Positions 25,386 to 40,400 of a DNA stretch of 64,000 bases are shown piece after piece (the stretch's first letter is position 1; each line of letters begins with the position of its first letter). The notes beneath the pieces are model-generated. The model was not told where the DNA came from. It saw nothing but the letters and a program-made list of their open reading frames with translations, and ran no database searches. A program made the position numbers and the translations under genes. Source of the stretch: Azolla caroliniana (taxonomy: Eukaryota; Plantae; Polypodiophyta); NCBI GenBank assembly GCA_043228905.1, contig JBHGNT010000021.1, positions 7,006,001 through 7,070,000 of the forward strand, given 5' to 3'.

Positions 25386-28300
25386 TCACAGAAATTGGGC
25401 TTCAATGGTCTTCTTAAGTATTTCAAGTCGCTTAATAAGTGCAGGATTCATCAGTTGTTGAGCAGATTTCATCAATGTGCTTCGCTTATCATAGTAATAA
25501 GCATCTAGCACAATAACTATCCAGTTATGTAGCTTCTCTGGTGTCCTGTTGATTTCAAAAAGAAAAAAGAAGAAAAATGTATTTAGTGGAAATTTACTAG
25601 AGAAAAAATCAACATTTCGAAATATCTCATGAACAGTTTAGCTTACGTGTATAAGAGATCGATATCATTTCCTTCTAATTCGTCACCAGGAGAAAATGCA
25701 GCAGAAAGAGCTGAAATTTGTTCTTTTGGATCCTCCAAAGATATGATATGTCGCAAAATTCGTACCTCTTTTGGAACTAGCCTTTGAAGGTTGCCTATGG
25801 ATACATTATACAGATGGAACAAGATATCTTTGACCTGCATTTGATTTTGTAGTATATTAATCCACTCACTAAGTTTTTTTTGAAGGGATCAACTCTGACA
25901 ACCTGAGTTTTTCTTTACTACCTAAAATAAAATGCCCATGAGTTTCCATTATCACCTAAACTGGCCTTGGTCAACTCCCAAAAAAGCAATTATATGGTCA
26001 ATTTATCTCCTTTTATTTGCTTCCTTTCAATTCTCCTTATGGGAGGCTGCCTGTACTCAACTTCTCGTGTATATGCAGCCCTTGGTGCTCTTGAGAAACA
26101 ATGTGCATTGTGGCTATTTGATATACTTGTCAAACCAACTCGTCTCTATGAAATAGAAACCTACGGACCGTGTCTTAACAAGAGAAATAACTGGAAAGAT
26201 ATAGAGAGACCTTTAGTCTCAATGATTCTCCGCATGATAAGGAGCAAAGCATTGGTGTCCTATGATATAATCCGCATAGAGATGCTGATAATCATCGAGG
26301 CGGCATTCCAATCAATGAACAATATCCAACTGCTTTGGAAGCTCCCTAAATGAAGGCACCCAAGGTTGGCACTTATGTCATCAAAAGAACATATTGAATG
26401 TGCAGATATTCATTGCTGGTATGCTGAAATGCAACAACGATTTGAGTCACATGGCGTAAGCATACATGCACTGTCCCTGTTCCAACATAGCTTGGATTAT
26501 CCCCATCTAAACATGATCAAGTTGAAAAGCATAGAGTGATCCAAACTGATATTATCAATTTGCAAAACAAAATAACATGGAGCAGCCCCACATCTCTTGG
26601 TAGGAAGATGACCTACTATAAGACACTTTTTACACATATCAGAAGATAAATTCATAATCAGGTCCCCTTATATGTACATACATCTGTCCCATGCGCTGCA
26701 GTGTGATAGGGCAGCTGCAAACTTCTTCACATCAGTAAGAAATGGAGGCAGACAGATATGCGTGAATAACTATAGAATAAAGAATTTATCAAATGCGTCA
26801 TCAAAGAGAGGAATTTGAAGAACACCAAGTTTGTATTTGTACTGTTTTTTATGAAATAAGGGGGAGATCGCATTGCCTCTTAAAGTAAGCCTAATCATAA
26901 CTTTCTTTAGGCCCATCAATCCTAATGCTACAAGCCAATCAAAGGCTACATAAATGGGCTCCCCGCCAGGACATAGCAAAGGGGCACAATAGATCGGGCA
27001 ATAGCAATTTGTCGTGCATGTAGACCCCAGCCTCATGAACCTCAATCTCATCACCCTTCTCATGGATAGATAAAGGCCATCATCTCCCGCCATCACAAAT
27101 ACTTCCCTTGCTTTGGAGACCTCTCCATTCTGGATCGACCTATGCTAGAGCTCTTTTGAAAACAAAATTACAATATACCTTACTTGAAAATCTTACATGT
27201 ATTAATGAAGAGATTTTTTAGCCACGTCTTATTCTATTAATGCTGACTTTTTTACTGAGTTACATTTATTCTGATTTATTGTTCTCAAAGACAAGACAAC
27301 ATTTTAAGATGTAATTACTTGTTTGTTTTTATGGGCCATTCTGACTTCCTAAAAGACGTTAATATATCTTTTTTTCTTTTGGGATTAGATCCTGGAGAAA
27401 AAAAGACCAGCAAGCTAAAAAGCATCACGTGTATGGAATAAATACCAGAAAAGAAGATGTTATCTGCAGAGGATAGATGTGACCTCCATTTGAAATCGGA
27501 TATGAATATGGGGAAATCTACTGCGAACACCTAAAATGAGATAATTGTGTGAAAACATGTTTACGTAACTCTCTCAGGGTCCTAGAAAGAGGAAGCTGTC
27601 TTTCAGTACAAGTTAGAACAGACGTAATCACATGAAAGGTATTCAAGTCGATCAAAGTTGTTGAAACCATCTCCAGAAGGGGAAAATATGACAGAGAAGG
27701 GAAGAAATGCAGAAGAAGATGTAGGGAACTCAAAGATAGAGGTGAGGTCATTCTGGTCTTTTAAGGTACAATATTTATTGAACATGAACATTGTATTGGA
27801 AACCCTCAGTCAACATAGCTATGACCAAAGTCATGGTCGCAAGTATTGTCAAATGTCGAAGTAAGCCAGTACCTTATGAAAAACTTATGGAGAGAAGTAA
27901 GTGCATCTACTGAAGAGTACATACAAGCAGGTACATCACAGCGCCCTTGATCACCTTGTCACTCTTTGAGTACTAATGAAGGGAAGGGAAAGGACTATAT
28001 TGATTCTTTGTAGAATTCAAGAGAGCTTTTGATATGGTGCCTCGCAAGCATCTTTGGAGATGTATGGCATATGGAACATATCATCTTCTCATAGACATAT
28101 GGCATATATTCATTTGATGATATGCTTTCATCATCTTTGGAGGCATATTCATTCAGTGAACATATGCTTGCAAGTTGTCACATCAATGAGAAGTTATGAC
28201 ATTTGTAAGAAATTGATATACACAGGAGAAGATGTGGTTGGGTGTGTATGCACATGTTGTATATGTGGGAGAAGGTATTAAGCAAGAACACTTGTAAGGA

Positions 28301-28594
28301 AGTGACTGAAATGTACCCTCTATGCTCGTATTCATGATATTGAAATAAAAAATGGAGGTTGAAGAGGACCAGCTAGAACAAACTGGATTTGCTGTCTGCC
28401 CTAACCAGGAGAGAGAAGATGATAAGCTTCTCCCAATATGATATGAAGCATTCACAGTTGTCTGACAATGTTTTCAACTATCTTTTAATGCATCCACCAT
28501 CCTCCAGCAACTTCCCGAAATCTGATAGACCAACCTCACCTCTTACGTGCATATGTATATTCTCTAATTAAGCGTAGGCGCAACCTTCATCATC

Positions 28595-28677
<83 letters not shown>

Positions 28678-31600
28678 CCCTAACTTCATACCTCATCTTT
28701 CATCATGTTTGATTCTTTTGAAGAGGCCCATGCTTTTGTTACAAGGAGCATCAGATTAGAATCAAGCTCGTTCCTTTTCATCAAATTGTCTATCTTGTTT
28801 CGTGCGACATCCAAAGATGGAGAATTCAGGATATCGTTAAACTTCATTCGAGCAGCATCCATTGCCTCTCCCTCCTCAGACATTCTATCATGAGCTTCGA
28901 CTGCTTCAACACATTTGTTTCCAATTCCTGCAAGAACTGTTCAATTGATACAAGATCTTCCTTGTTCAGTAAAATAGAAGCTGTGTTTCATAATCATCAG
29001 TACCTATACATGTACGTTCATGTCAAAATGTCTTCTCCTGGTAAAGTTCAATAATTCATAAAAACATTCAGAGACAAAAATAAACAGACGAAGCAAGAGT
29101 AAAAGAAACATACTGAAATGCTGGTCCATTTGTTATTTTGATTAATTATACTTGCTATATATATTTGCATCTGTATTCTCATACTTGACTATCATGTCAA
29201 TGTTCCACCTGATTTAGTAAGATCAGAATAAAGGAAGTGCTAATAAATTATCGTTAAGATGGACTATACCCACATCTATATGAAATAAAATGAATTACTT
29301 CAAACGTCAAGCATGAGAAAGTTGGCACAAAATATAGTTTGATCATAAGTTAAGCAATGATAGTCACACATTGAGAGATCTAGTGCAGAGTCCTCACCAT
29401 CAACCAAAACAAAATATTTGTTACTTGACCTGCCACATCTGACATAACCCATCTCGTCTGGAAATCTTTGCCTCAGAATTATGTGACAATCACCAGGATA
29501 GTGTTATTAGCTACTGTTGTAGAGATGTAATGTCTATTATAAGATTAGGAAATCTTCTAAAATAAATTTCTGTGCACAATCAGGAATACTATTTGTTCGA
29601 TATAACAGTATATCTTGGTTTTTAATTACGTTTCCACTTTTAGATGGAATAATTATTTTTAATTTCATAATTACATGTAAGCTTCACAAAAGGTCAAGAA
29701 TACAAATTCATTGATTTTATAAAGAGGGCTATTTCTATAATCATCGCATTTATTAAGTATTTGATGGAAAATTTACTTCGAGAAACATTTGTGAGGTGAC
29801 AATCAACTCTTATCAAAATGTTTTCAAAAGCAGATAATGACATGGAAGAAGGTGTAGTACAATTTATACTACGGTGCTTCTATAATGAATGTTTGAGCGT
29901 TGATTGATTCTCATCAAAGAACATCAACATCTACTCATTTGGTGTCAACACTTCTTGTTACCTATTGAATAGTTTAGTATTACCAATCTATTTTCATTGA
30001 ATAGTACTGATTTCATTTCAGAAAATTCAAAAAACTCCAATGGGGCAAAACAGTAACCTAGAGTAGTAACACCTTACGTAAGATTCTCATAAAAGTTTGA
30101 CTATGTACCTCTCTAGGAGGATCTCATCATGGAAAGATAGAGGATGTAAAGAACTTACAAGTTTGTTGATCTGGCTCAGCATAGTTTGCGTGATAGAGTA
30201 ACTCTAGATGATGAAAAAAGTCATTGGTGAAGTCCTTTCGACGTCGGGTTACTATTGTATGCAAGTCTTCAATTTGTTCTTTGACACAGGCAAGTAACTC
30301 ATTGTGCCTCGTCATATCATCATCTACCTGCAGTTTCAGTTGTGATTCTTAGATTAGTCACAGTGTCTTGTCAGATAATTCAAATCACTAATATAGAATA
30401 TCTCAAGGGATCTTTAGGCTTCATGAATTAAGAATATAAACCAGTTCATAACATTCAGGATAGAATCCCAAATTTATACTTATGCAAAGGAAATACGTAT
30501 ACAAATGCATGCTTGCACAAAGAGAATCATTGACATTTATCTGATAACTATAATGTCCGATTCTTACAATATCCATTCTCACTATCAAGACGTGTCACGA
30601 AATTGACTTCAGTTCACTTTTGAAAATCATCCTTATATTTTGATATGAAGGGTACAGATGCCAGATGAAAGTTTAAACACTGCATGGAAACATACCTCTT
30701 TCAATTTCCTCGATAATTTCAGAAGATCCCCCTTTCTTTTCGGATCAATCTCTTGTTCTGCTCTGACCTTGCATCGTTTGAAGAAATGCTCCCTAATGTT
30801 CGTCCACTCTTTGGAGAAAGCCAAGAGCTTTCTCCACTCTTCTGGTTTAGTTTTTTCTATAAGAAAGACTTCAATGAGCCTATCACATACACGAGTCATC
30901 CTATATCCATCCTCAATTTGATCACCATCCTCCTCCTCCTCCTCCTCCTCCTCTTCAAGTTCATTGTTATCATCCTTCTTTACAAAAGAACCCTCTGGAC
31001 AAGGTGATAAATTGATACTTGCAGGTTTTTCCTCTATGTTTAAAGAAGAACTTGTAGGATCCTCCGAGTCAGGGAGCTTTCTTCTATCACCTTCAATTTG
31101 GCAGAGATAATACCATTTTTATGAGAAATGTTGATGAAAAGAACAAAAAAAATCTTTCATTTGGGCAAGGAAAAAGATACGTTCTAATTTAGCATACTTG
31201 ATGAAAGGAACACTACCATTTGGTTAACTTAATAGATTTCTTCTTCTACAATCTTTCATTTTGGCAAGGAAAAAGATACGTTCTAATTTAGCATACTTGA
31301 TGAAAGGAACACTACCGTTTGGTTGTGAATTTGCTTCTATTTTAGCAAAGGAAAAGACAAAATTTTCGTTGAGAATTCTTTTATAAAAGAGGAGAAGCAA
31401 ATAGTCTTACCATTTCGTTCTTCTATTTTTGTAAAGATGAAGATATGTTTTGATAGCCATTTCTTTGACAAAAGGAGAGAATAAAATGTTCAAACCTTTC
31501 GACGAAGAAAAGAAAAGGATATGGCCAACTGAGAAACCTCTGATGAAAGGAGAAAAGGAAATGGTCTTTCAATTTTGTTCATAGTTTATTTTATCTCTGA

Positions 31601-32529
31601 ATTCTTTGATGAAAGGTGAGAAAAAATTGTTTATATCTTTTATTTTGCTATCATCTTCTCAAAGAGGAAAACATGTTTAACTGAGAAACGTTTGATGAAA
31701 GGAGAGAAAAAAATGGTTTTACTGTTATTTATTTTTCTATATTTGGCAACGACAAAGACATATTTTAAGTGAGAAGAAATGACTTGTATCCACGCAAAGA
31801 CAAAAGAAACTTACATTTCTGAGAATTCCTCAATGAAAGGAACAAAGAAAATGTTTTATTTTGGCAAATTCAAATGCATGCTTTAACCGAGGATATCTTT
31901 GATGAAATGAAAGAATACAATATTTCAAACTTGAAAAAGACAAAGACATGTTTCAACTGAGAATTCTTGATGATAGGGTGGAAGAAACTGTATTATCATT
32001 TGACAAAGACATGTTTTAGCTGAGACGTCATGTTATCTCATTTAGACATGTTTTAGCTGAGCATTCTTGATGGTAGGGCAGAGGAAACTGTTTTCTCTTT
32101 AGGAAGAAGACAAAAGAAGTGTGTTAATTCAGAATTTCTTGATCAAAGTAGAAGATGATGATGTTTTGGTCATGGTCATGTTAATAAAAGAACGAGAAGA
32201 AAACGATGACGAAAACAATTAACGATGATGATGACGATGATGCAGTTAATGACAGAGCTGGTGTTGATGATGAATAATATGAGAAGAAGAAGACGAAGAA
32301 GTAATGTTTCCTTACCGTTTTGTTCACGAAAGAAGCTTCTGATGCAGGAACGATGATGAGGGGAGGAGGTAGTAGTGCAAGAGAGGCGAAGGCGGAGTGA
32401 AGGATCGTAGGGTAAGGGAGTGAGGGAGAGTCTCTGAGAGAATCCATGGAAACATCGTGGCCTCGAGACATTCGAGCTGCAAAGAGAAGAAGAAGAACAG
32501 GAAGAAGAAGAAGAAGATAGAGAAGCCAT
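25386..32529 (-). CDS. plastid-targeted At4g37920/At1g36320 (CDB1/CDB1L)-family protein, 6 exons: 32529-32316, 31090-30696, 30327-30159, 28936-28692, 25834-25647, 25545-25386 (~456 aa)
   Basis: Ser-rich transit peptide; VCDRLIEVFL..EWRKLLAFSKEW, FNDILNSPSLD, LVPKEVRILRHI..EDP and TTPEKLHNWI..LDAY. GT-AG introns with consistent phases; exons sum to 1371 nt. Family name recalled, not searched. Confidence 0.85.
25930..28560. mobile_element. decayed LINE fragments inside intron 4
   Basis: An RT-like FVEFKRAFDMVPRKHLW lies at ~28005-28060 (+). Other degenerate LINE-like pieces are present; boundaries unresolved. Confidence 0.45.
28598..28673. repeat. (CT)n microsatellite next to a splice donor
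   Basis: Direct observation. Confidence 0.95.
31150..32160. repeat. degenerate tandem-repeat array in intron 1
   Basis: Near-perfect ~100-bp duplication at 31152-31325, then many diverged units sharing tgagaa...tgatgaaagga. Confidence 0.65.
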
Positions 32530-34428
32530 GGCGTCTCTGTGTGTGTGCTTGTGTTTCAGTTCGTAATTCAGAACTCGGGGTATGGCAAATGCCCCCCCCC
32601 TATACTTTCTTAAATTACTGAAATGCCCTTATCTTTTCCTAAATTGCCGAAATGCCCTTGTATTTTCCTAAATTGCCGAACTGCATATGGAAGCCCTTGG
32701 CAAGGTTGTCGTCAAGGTATTCACATAGCTCGCAACATAAGACTTAGGGAATTTTTTCACCCATAATTGAATCTATCAAAATGATTCATCCATTGGATCT
32801 TTCTAGGAACCAGAAGGATGATTAGACATATATATAGAGAGTAACTGTTAGCCATTACTATATATTATTACATTAGGTTCGTACATTGTAACGAAGCCCT
32901 CTTAATATCCAAGTATAACTTGTTCTACATTGTTATTAAACCTCTCTCTTTGTTAGTCTCTTCCATTGTGTTCCAATTTTTCCTATAGTCCTATGCCAAG
33001 GTGTTAATTAGTAAGCTCGACCTCCACACTACATACAATTTCGAGCTCATTCATGAAGGTGAGAAATGGAAATTCGCATTTTGTGTCCCATTTGTTTGTG
33101 ATTATTGCTTCGATAGTGGGTTGTGGCCACCACATCAAGCACCTGCACCCAAGACACGTGCAAGAAATGTCTCTCCCATTTTGTAGCAGTATCAAAACTA
33201 CTCACTCATAGGCCATCTTAGTATCCCAAAGATGCTCAAGGTTAGCATGCACTACCACCATTGGCCAAGCTTCAAAAAAGGACTTGGTGGAGAGTGTGTG
33301 GTTGTGTTGATTGCGTGCTCATTCCAGTTTTCCCATCACACACCCCACGATTTGTTGCAATTGGTGTGCATTTCTAAATCACCCATTCGCCTCCCTCACA
33401 TGGGACTCCATAGAGGAATTGTCCCCCCTCTAGGATCAAGACACAATTGTCATGATGGTGTATTGCTTGACCAAGATGGTCCATTTCCTCACGTGCTCCA
33501 ACACTATCACTACCAAACAATGTCCCCTAACCTATTCCTCTAGTCTAGTGTCCTATTGCATGGCCTTCTCGATTCAATTGTGATTGACAACAGCCCACTA
33601 GTTATAGGTAGACTCAGATGCGAGATGCTCTTCTCATCTGGTATCACCCACAAACCAACGGCCAAGCAGAACTCATCAATCAAGTGTTTGGAGAAATACT
33701 TCCTCTTTATGGACTATAACCAAACCAAATGGCTCAAGCTCCTACCATTTGTTGAGTTCACGTTGTCGCGTTGTTACGCGCGTGCGTGGAGAAGGGCGGA
33801 ACCACGGGGGTCTCGGACTAAGGAGAAGGGGAGAAGGAATAGGACTTCGGAATGGAGCTTAGCACAAGAAGAGAAAGAATGAACAAGAGGAAGATGGAGG
33901 CCAAATGCTCAACAAGATGTATTAGAACCGAAAACCGATTACAAAATGGCGGCCGCGTAGGCCGCACCGAACGGCTATGATAAACCCGAAACCCTAATCC
34001 GACGAAGAAGAAAAGAAACCCTAACCCTAAAACGAAATGGTATACCTCACTCACACTCAAAATAAGGCAACCCCCACAATGGTGCTCTTCCTCTCCTTTT
34101 ATAGCACAAGGAGAGAAGACCGTTTTCAAAAAGGGTGCTACAAAATATCCCCTTTCAATCAATGGGGATATTTCCCTTGATTTTAGGGGAGGAGGGAAGG
34201 ATGGGTCTTAACTCCCACCTCTACACGAACTACTATGTACCTATCTCTCTCTCTCACGTGGATGTGCGCGCAAAAGCACATCACCTTTACACTTTACAAA
34301 TCCTAAGGTGCATTTCTAGCACCATACTTATCACTATCGATAAATAGAAATACAACATGGTGATGTGCAACGTTGCACATCGCGGGTTTGCTTGCTTCGC
34401 TCGGTTTTCCGCCTATGGACGAAAATCT

Positions 34429-37400
34429 TCACGACATCCGCCCCCACCTAACCGCACATCCACCGGTATGTGCCAAAAGGGGAACAAAACGCGAGATTTT
34501 CGGCCAAGGCGGCCAACCGAGCCCTTGACAACCTCGTGGGCTTGCCCGGCTTCGTCTTCCACTTCGAGCAAGTCCACCCCGTCCACACGAACCACCGTCG
34601 CCTTCCGGCCCACCATCTCCGTCGAATGGTCTCGAACCGTCGGCTCCGTCCGATCCGCCACACTTGACGACGTTCGCCGAGTCGTTGCCTCCACCCGATC
34701 CGCCACGTCCACCGTGTTTCCTCGAACCACCGTCTACATCCGGACCGCCGTTTCCGATGCCCGCACTTTCTTCCCCGATCGGTCCTCCCGAACGCCGTTG
34801 CCGACCCTTTGTCCGCCTCGCATATCCTCCGGATCCGCCTTTTTCATGCCGCGCACCTCGTCGTGCCGACTCTTCTCGCTCCGCGCTTGCCTTCCGTAGG
34901 CCTCTCTCGGTGCCTTCATCCATTGTGGCCTTCGTCCCCTCGCCGCCACCGTTCGCCACTCTTGGTCTCACGTCGGCACTCGCGCCGACCGCCGGAGTCT
35001 CTATAGCCGGTGTGGAGGATCCCTCTCGGGCCTTATCTTCGTGGCCGCCGGTCTTAGCCTCTCCGTAGGCCACCTCTTCCCACCAATCTTCCCTAGCATC
35101 GTGCCAGGTCTTGTCGTCGTCGCCTTCCTCCTCGTATTCGCCTCTCGAAGGCGTGATCCGACCGTCATCTTCGGTTGCTCGATGTGGTTCCTTCGTAGGC
35201 ATGCTTGTGTCTTGGCCCTCCATCGGCCGTATTGCATGCATCTCGTCTCGCTCTTCCGCCGTAGACCCGACCTCCGTGTCGGTCTTCTCCTCCTTTGTCG
35301 CCGTAGCCCGTCCCGACACGGGCTCGCCGTCTTGGACCCATCCGTCCACCATCTCGTACCGGATATCCGTTCCGGTAACCTCGTACGCTCCGGCCTCCGA
35401 CTCCTCGCCGCCACCCGCCGTCTCTCCGGTCTTATGTTGATCCGCAACCGCCGTAGTCTCTAGAGTGGGTATGGAGGGTCTCGTTTGTTTCCGTTTTTCC
35501 CCCGAACCATGGTCGTCGTGCCCGGTTAGCCTCCATCTCGCGCTTACCGGCTCCCATCGTAACCGTAACCGCAACCGTAACCGGCCAATCGGTCTAGCCG
35601 GCTTCCTTCGGTTTGGGCCCGGTTCGCCGGCCCTTACTCTCTTCCTCTTCCGTGCCGTATTCCGGTCGGGACGGTTCCCGACTCTCTCCTCGTTTCCGCT
35701 CCGGTCCTCTCCGTCGGACCCACCGTATACGCCCATTCCGGGCCCCGCATACTCGTCTTCGTATGCGCTCTCTCCGGGCCTCACCTCCTCACGGTCACCG
35801 CCCATCTCTCCGGTCTCACGTTGGCATTCGAGCACAACCGCCGAAGTCCCCGGCCCCGGTGTCAAGGGGTCTTGCCTCCGTCCGCTCCAATCTTCCTTCT
35901 CGTTTCCGTTGCCCGCCTTGCCGCCGTTACCTCCCGTCGCACTAAGCCTCATGCCGGCACTCGGGCCGGCCATTGGAGCCTCTAGGATTGGTGTGGGTAA
36001 GGACCCGGCACCGCCGCTCGTTGTCTCCGTAGCCGCTTTCGTTCGGACGTCGTTGTCCGCGGCTCCCCCATCTCCGATTCCGTAAGCCTCTAGTATGCTT
36101 GCCACCACCTCTTCTTCGCCGTTCTCCGCATCATTTTGTTTGCCCGCCTTGCCGCCGCCACCGCCCGTCGTTCTAGGTCTCGTGCCGGCACTCGGGCCGA
36201 CCGCCGAAGCCTCTAGGGCCTGTGTGTGGAAGGTCGCAGCACCACCGCTCGCCTCCTCTCCGCTCGATGTCTTGGGCCGCCGTGCCCCGAATCTTCCGCC
36301 CACTTTCGAAGTGGCGCTCTCCGCACCGGCCTCATCCTTGGCCGTCCATTCGCCGCAAGACGAGAGGGTTGCTCGCTCCGCACCCTCTCCCATGTCGTCG
36401 TCGTTTCGGTGGCCCGCCTTGCCGCCGCCACCGTCCGTCACTCTAGGCCTCTCGCCGGCTCTCGGGCCGGGTGCCGGAGTCTCTAGGACCGGTGTGTGGA
36501 AGGTCGCGACACCACCACTCCTCTCGTCCGTAGCCACCTCCATTCGGACATCGTCGTCCGTGGCTACCCCGTCTTCGGTTTCGCAAGCATCGAGTATGCT
36601 TGCCGCCGCCTCTTCTTCGCCGGTCCCGTCCTCATCTCGGTTGTCCGCCTTGCCGCCGCCACCGTCCGTAGCTCTAGGTCTCGTGCCGGCACTCGGGCCG
36701 ACCGCCGAAGCCTCTAGGGCCGGTGTGTGGAAGGTCGCGACACCATCGCTCGTTTCGTCTTCCTCCTCCATTTCGCAAGCCTCGAGTATGCTCGCGAAAT
36801 CCTCGTAGAACGTTTCGTGCAACCGCGTCCCGAAACTTCCGCCCACTCTCGAAGTGGCGTCCATCGCTCCGTAGATATCGGCCTCGTCCATGGCCGTTCT
36901 TTTTCCCCGAGATGAGAGGGTCGCTTGCTCCGCACCTTCTCTCGTGTCGACGCCGTGGTCGCCCGCCTTGCCACCGCCACCGCCTTTCACCATAGGTCTT
37001 ACGCGGGCACTCGGGCCGGCCGCCGTGATCTCTAGGAATGACGCGTGTAAGGTCGCGGGACCGCCGCTCGTCGATGTAATGTCCGTAGCCACCTCCGCTC
37101 GGACGTCGTTGTCCGTGGCTACCCCGCCTCCGTATATGCAAGCATCGGTTATGCTTGCCGCCGCCTCTTCCGTGTAAGAAATAGACGCTTCGATTCACCT
37201 TCTTCCTTTCGGCCACAACCGAGTAATCGCGGATCAATGCAACAGAAAATAGAAACCAAAAGAGAAAAACACACGAGTACGCAGGGATTAACGTGGAAAA
37301 CCCTAGATGGGAAAAACCACGGGAGTACAAGACTCCAAACAACACTATACAAGAGAAGTATACAATGACGAGCTCCAAGGCGACGACCTTGAGCTCGCTG

Positions 37401-40400
37401 TCCTCGCCACAGGCGGCGGAAATACACAGAGGCGTCGTCCTCTTCCTCTCTCGCGCTCTATCTCTCTCTCTCTCACGGCTGCTCCCTCTTCACACCTCTT
37501 AAGTGGAAAAACAGAAAAATGATAAGCAACAGTAAAACTGTTTGCCCTAAGTCATATTTATACTTATATGACTTTGGGCTATTTACAACTGTAGCCACAT
37601 GGGCCCATAGGAAACATATTCACGGATATGTCCCTGCATCCGGATCGCTCTCCGGGTACATTCGTCATCCGGTACCGAAACCGAAACCGGGACCGTCCCA
37701 TCCGGATCCGACCATCCCATTCGAAGGGACCGTAATCCCAACAAACTCCCCCTTCACTTCGGCATGGGATGTCTCTCCAATCCGATCCTCTTCCGGCATG
37801 CTTCCAGCTTGTCGGGTGTGAGCACCTTGGTCAGCATATCCGACCCGTTCTCGTCCGTGTGGATCTTCGTCAGCACGAACTCCTTGTCTTCTATCCTTTC
37901 CCGGATCCAGTGATATCTTCGCTGGATGTGCTTCGTCCGGGAGTGATAGGCCGCGTTCTTTGCAAGGTGGATTGCACTCTGACTGTCGCAGTAGAGTCGG
38001 TACTCCTTCTGCCGGATACCGAGCTCTCCAATGAAGTCCTTCATCCATATTATTTCCTTGCCGGCTTCAACAGCTGCCATGTACTCCGCCTCCGTGGTTG
38101 ACAACGCAACCGTCTTCTGCAGCCTCGACTGCCACGAAACAGCTCCCCCTGCATACGTCATCACATACCCTGATGTGGACCGGCTGGTATCTGCATCAGC
38201 CGACATATCCGAATCGGTGAAACCGTCGAGTTCGGGTTTACCGGAGCCGAATCGGAGGCACACGTTTGCCGTGCCCTTCAGGTATCGGAGTATCCACTTG
38301 ACCGCGTTCCAATGCTCTTTGCCGGGATTGCTCATGTACCGGCTCACCACTCCGACTGCATATCCGATGTCCGGTCTCGTACACACCATGGCGTACATCA
38401 AGCTCCCGACGGCTGAGGCATACGGCACTTTCATCATATCCTCCTTTTCAGCCTTTGTCTTGGGACTTTGCTTGCTGGACAGCTTGCAGTTTGTCGGGAG
38501 GGTCGATCCGACCGGTCTTGCTTCCGACATGTTGAACCGGTGAAGCACCTTCGTCACGTACTTCTCCTGTGACAGCCACAACTGCTTCTTGCTCCGGTCC
38601 CGGATGATGTGCATCCCTAGTATTTGTCTCGCCGGACCCAGGTCCTTCATTGAGAAGGTTCGGTGAAGAGCCTTCTTCAGCATCCGGATCTTGACCTGGT
38701 TCCGTCCGACGATCAACATGTCGTCCACGTACAGGAGGAGTATTAGAAAGTCTCCTCCTTCGAACTTCTTCACAAACACGCAGTGGTCGGACTGCGTTTT
38801 GAGGTACCCTTCGTCGGTCATGAAGGAGTCGAACTTCCGGTACCATTGCCGGGGAGCCTGCTTCAGTCCGTAAAGGCTCTTCTTCAGCCGGCATACCAGG
38901 TGCTCCTTCCCTTTCTTCTCGAATCCTTCCGGTTGCTGCATGTAGATCTCTTCTTCGAGGTCACCGTGAAGGAATGCCGTCTTCACGTCCATCTGTTCTA
39001 CCTCGAGGTCCATGCTTGCCGCTATGCTCAGCACCGTCCGGATGGAGGTCATCTTCACTACCGGGGCAAATATCTCGTCGAAGTCGACGCCCTTCTTCTG
39101 CTGAAACCCCTTCACCACGATCCTGGCTTTGTATCTCGGGGGGTTTCCGGCATCTCCCGGTTTCAGCTTGAACACCCACTTGTTTCGAAGTGCCCGCTTT
39201 TCTTTCGGCAACTCCACAAGTTCATATGTGTGGTTCTCATGCAGGGAATCCATCTCGTCCTGCATGGCACTCAACCACCTGCGGCTCTGAGTGTCATGTT
39301 TTGCTTCTTCAAAGCTCTCCGGCTCCCCCTCGTCGGTTAGCAGCACGTGCTCTGGTTCCGGAAATCTCCGGGGGGCCCTTCTCTCTCTTAGAGGATATCT
39401 CCGTTCCGGAGCTTCGGTAATCGGTTCTTCCGATTCTTCTTCATCCGAATCCATTTCGGGATCGGGGCCGGTTCCGGTATCATTTTCATCTTCTTCGGTC
39501 GGTTCGGTTTCTTCACCGTCTTCGGCCGGATCCTCGAGTGCTAACCGGTCCCTTGCCGGTCGGGACTGCTCCTCGTAGAGTTGATCCTCACCGGTCGACT
39601 TGGAGCTCTTCATCTTCTTCTCCGACTCCCAGTCGGCGAGTGTCTTGTCCTCCATGAAGATGATGTCTCGACTCCTGAATATCTTCTTGTCGACCGGGTC
39701 CCATACTCGGTAGCCGAACTCGTCGTCGCCGTAACCGAGGAATATGCATGGCCGGGTCTTTGGATCTAGCTTCCCTCTCCGGTCCTTTGCCACATGCACG
39801 TATGCGAGACACCCGAACACCTTCAGATGCCGGTAGGATACTTCCCTACCGGTCCACACTCTCTGCGGCGTGTCTCCGTCCAAAGGTACTGAGGGTGATC
39901 GGTTTATCACATATGTCGCCGTCGACATTGCCTCAGCCCAAAACCCCTTGGGTAATTTCGCATGCGCCAGCATACTCCGAACCCTCTCCATTATGGTCCG
40001 GTTCATCCTCTCGGCCAGCCCGTTCAGTTCCGGCGTCTTCGGCACAGTAAACTCGAGTCGGATTCCCTTCGAGCGACAGTACTCCTGGAACTGCCCCCGG
40101 TATTCCCCTCCGTTATCCGCTCGTATTGCTTTCAGCTTCTTGCCGGATTCCCTTTCCACTCTCGCGTGGAGATCTTTGAAGACGCACAACACTTGGTCCT
40201 TTGTCTTCATCGGTGCCGTCCACAGTTTTCGGCTATGATCATCGATGAATGTTACGAAGTACTGGGCTCCGCCATGTGACTTCGTTTCTACCTGACACAC
40301 ATCAGTGTGCACCAACTCCAATGGTGCGCTACGTCTCGTCGGTGGCCTTGAGTGGAAGGAAGTTCGGTTCTGCTTACCGGCCAGGCAATCGGTGCACTTC

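Noticed and set aside
33985-34032. AAACCCTAA telomere-like motifs
   Set aside because: Only two or three isolated units inside the LTR; common in plant LTRs and not an array.
34357-37177. Long plus-strand Pro/Ser/Arg-rich ORFs
   Set aside because: Antisense shadows of the GC-rich minus-strand ORF; broken by stops and without motifs.
36674-37427. Hydrophobic ORF MELVIVYFSC.. as a possible env-like gene (also at 41709-42062)
   Set aside because: It begins inside the T-rich LTR and runs into unrelated flanks; compositional artefact.
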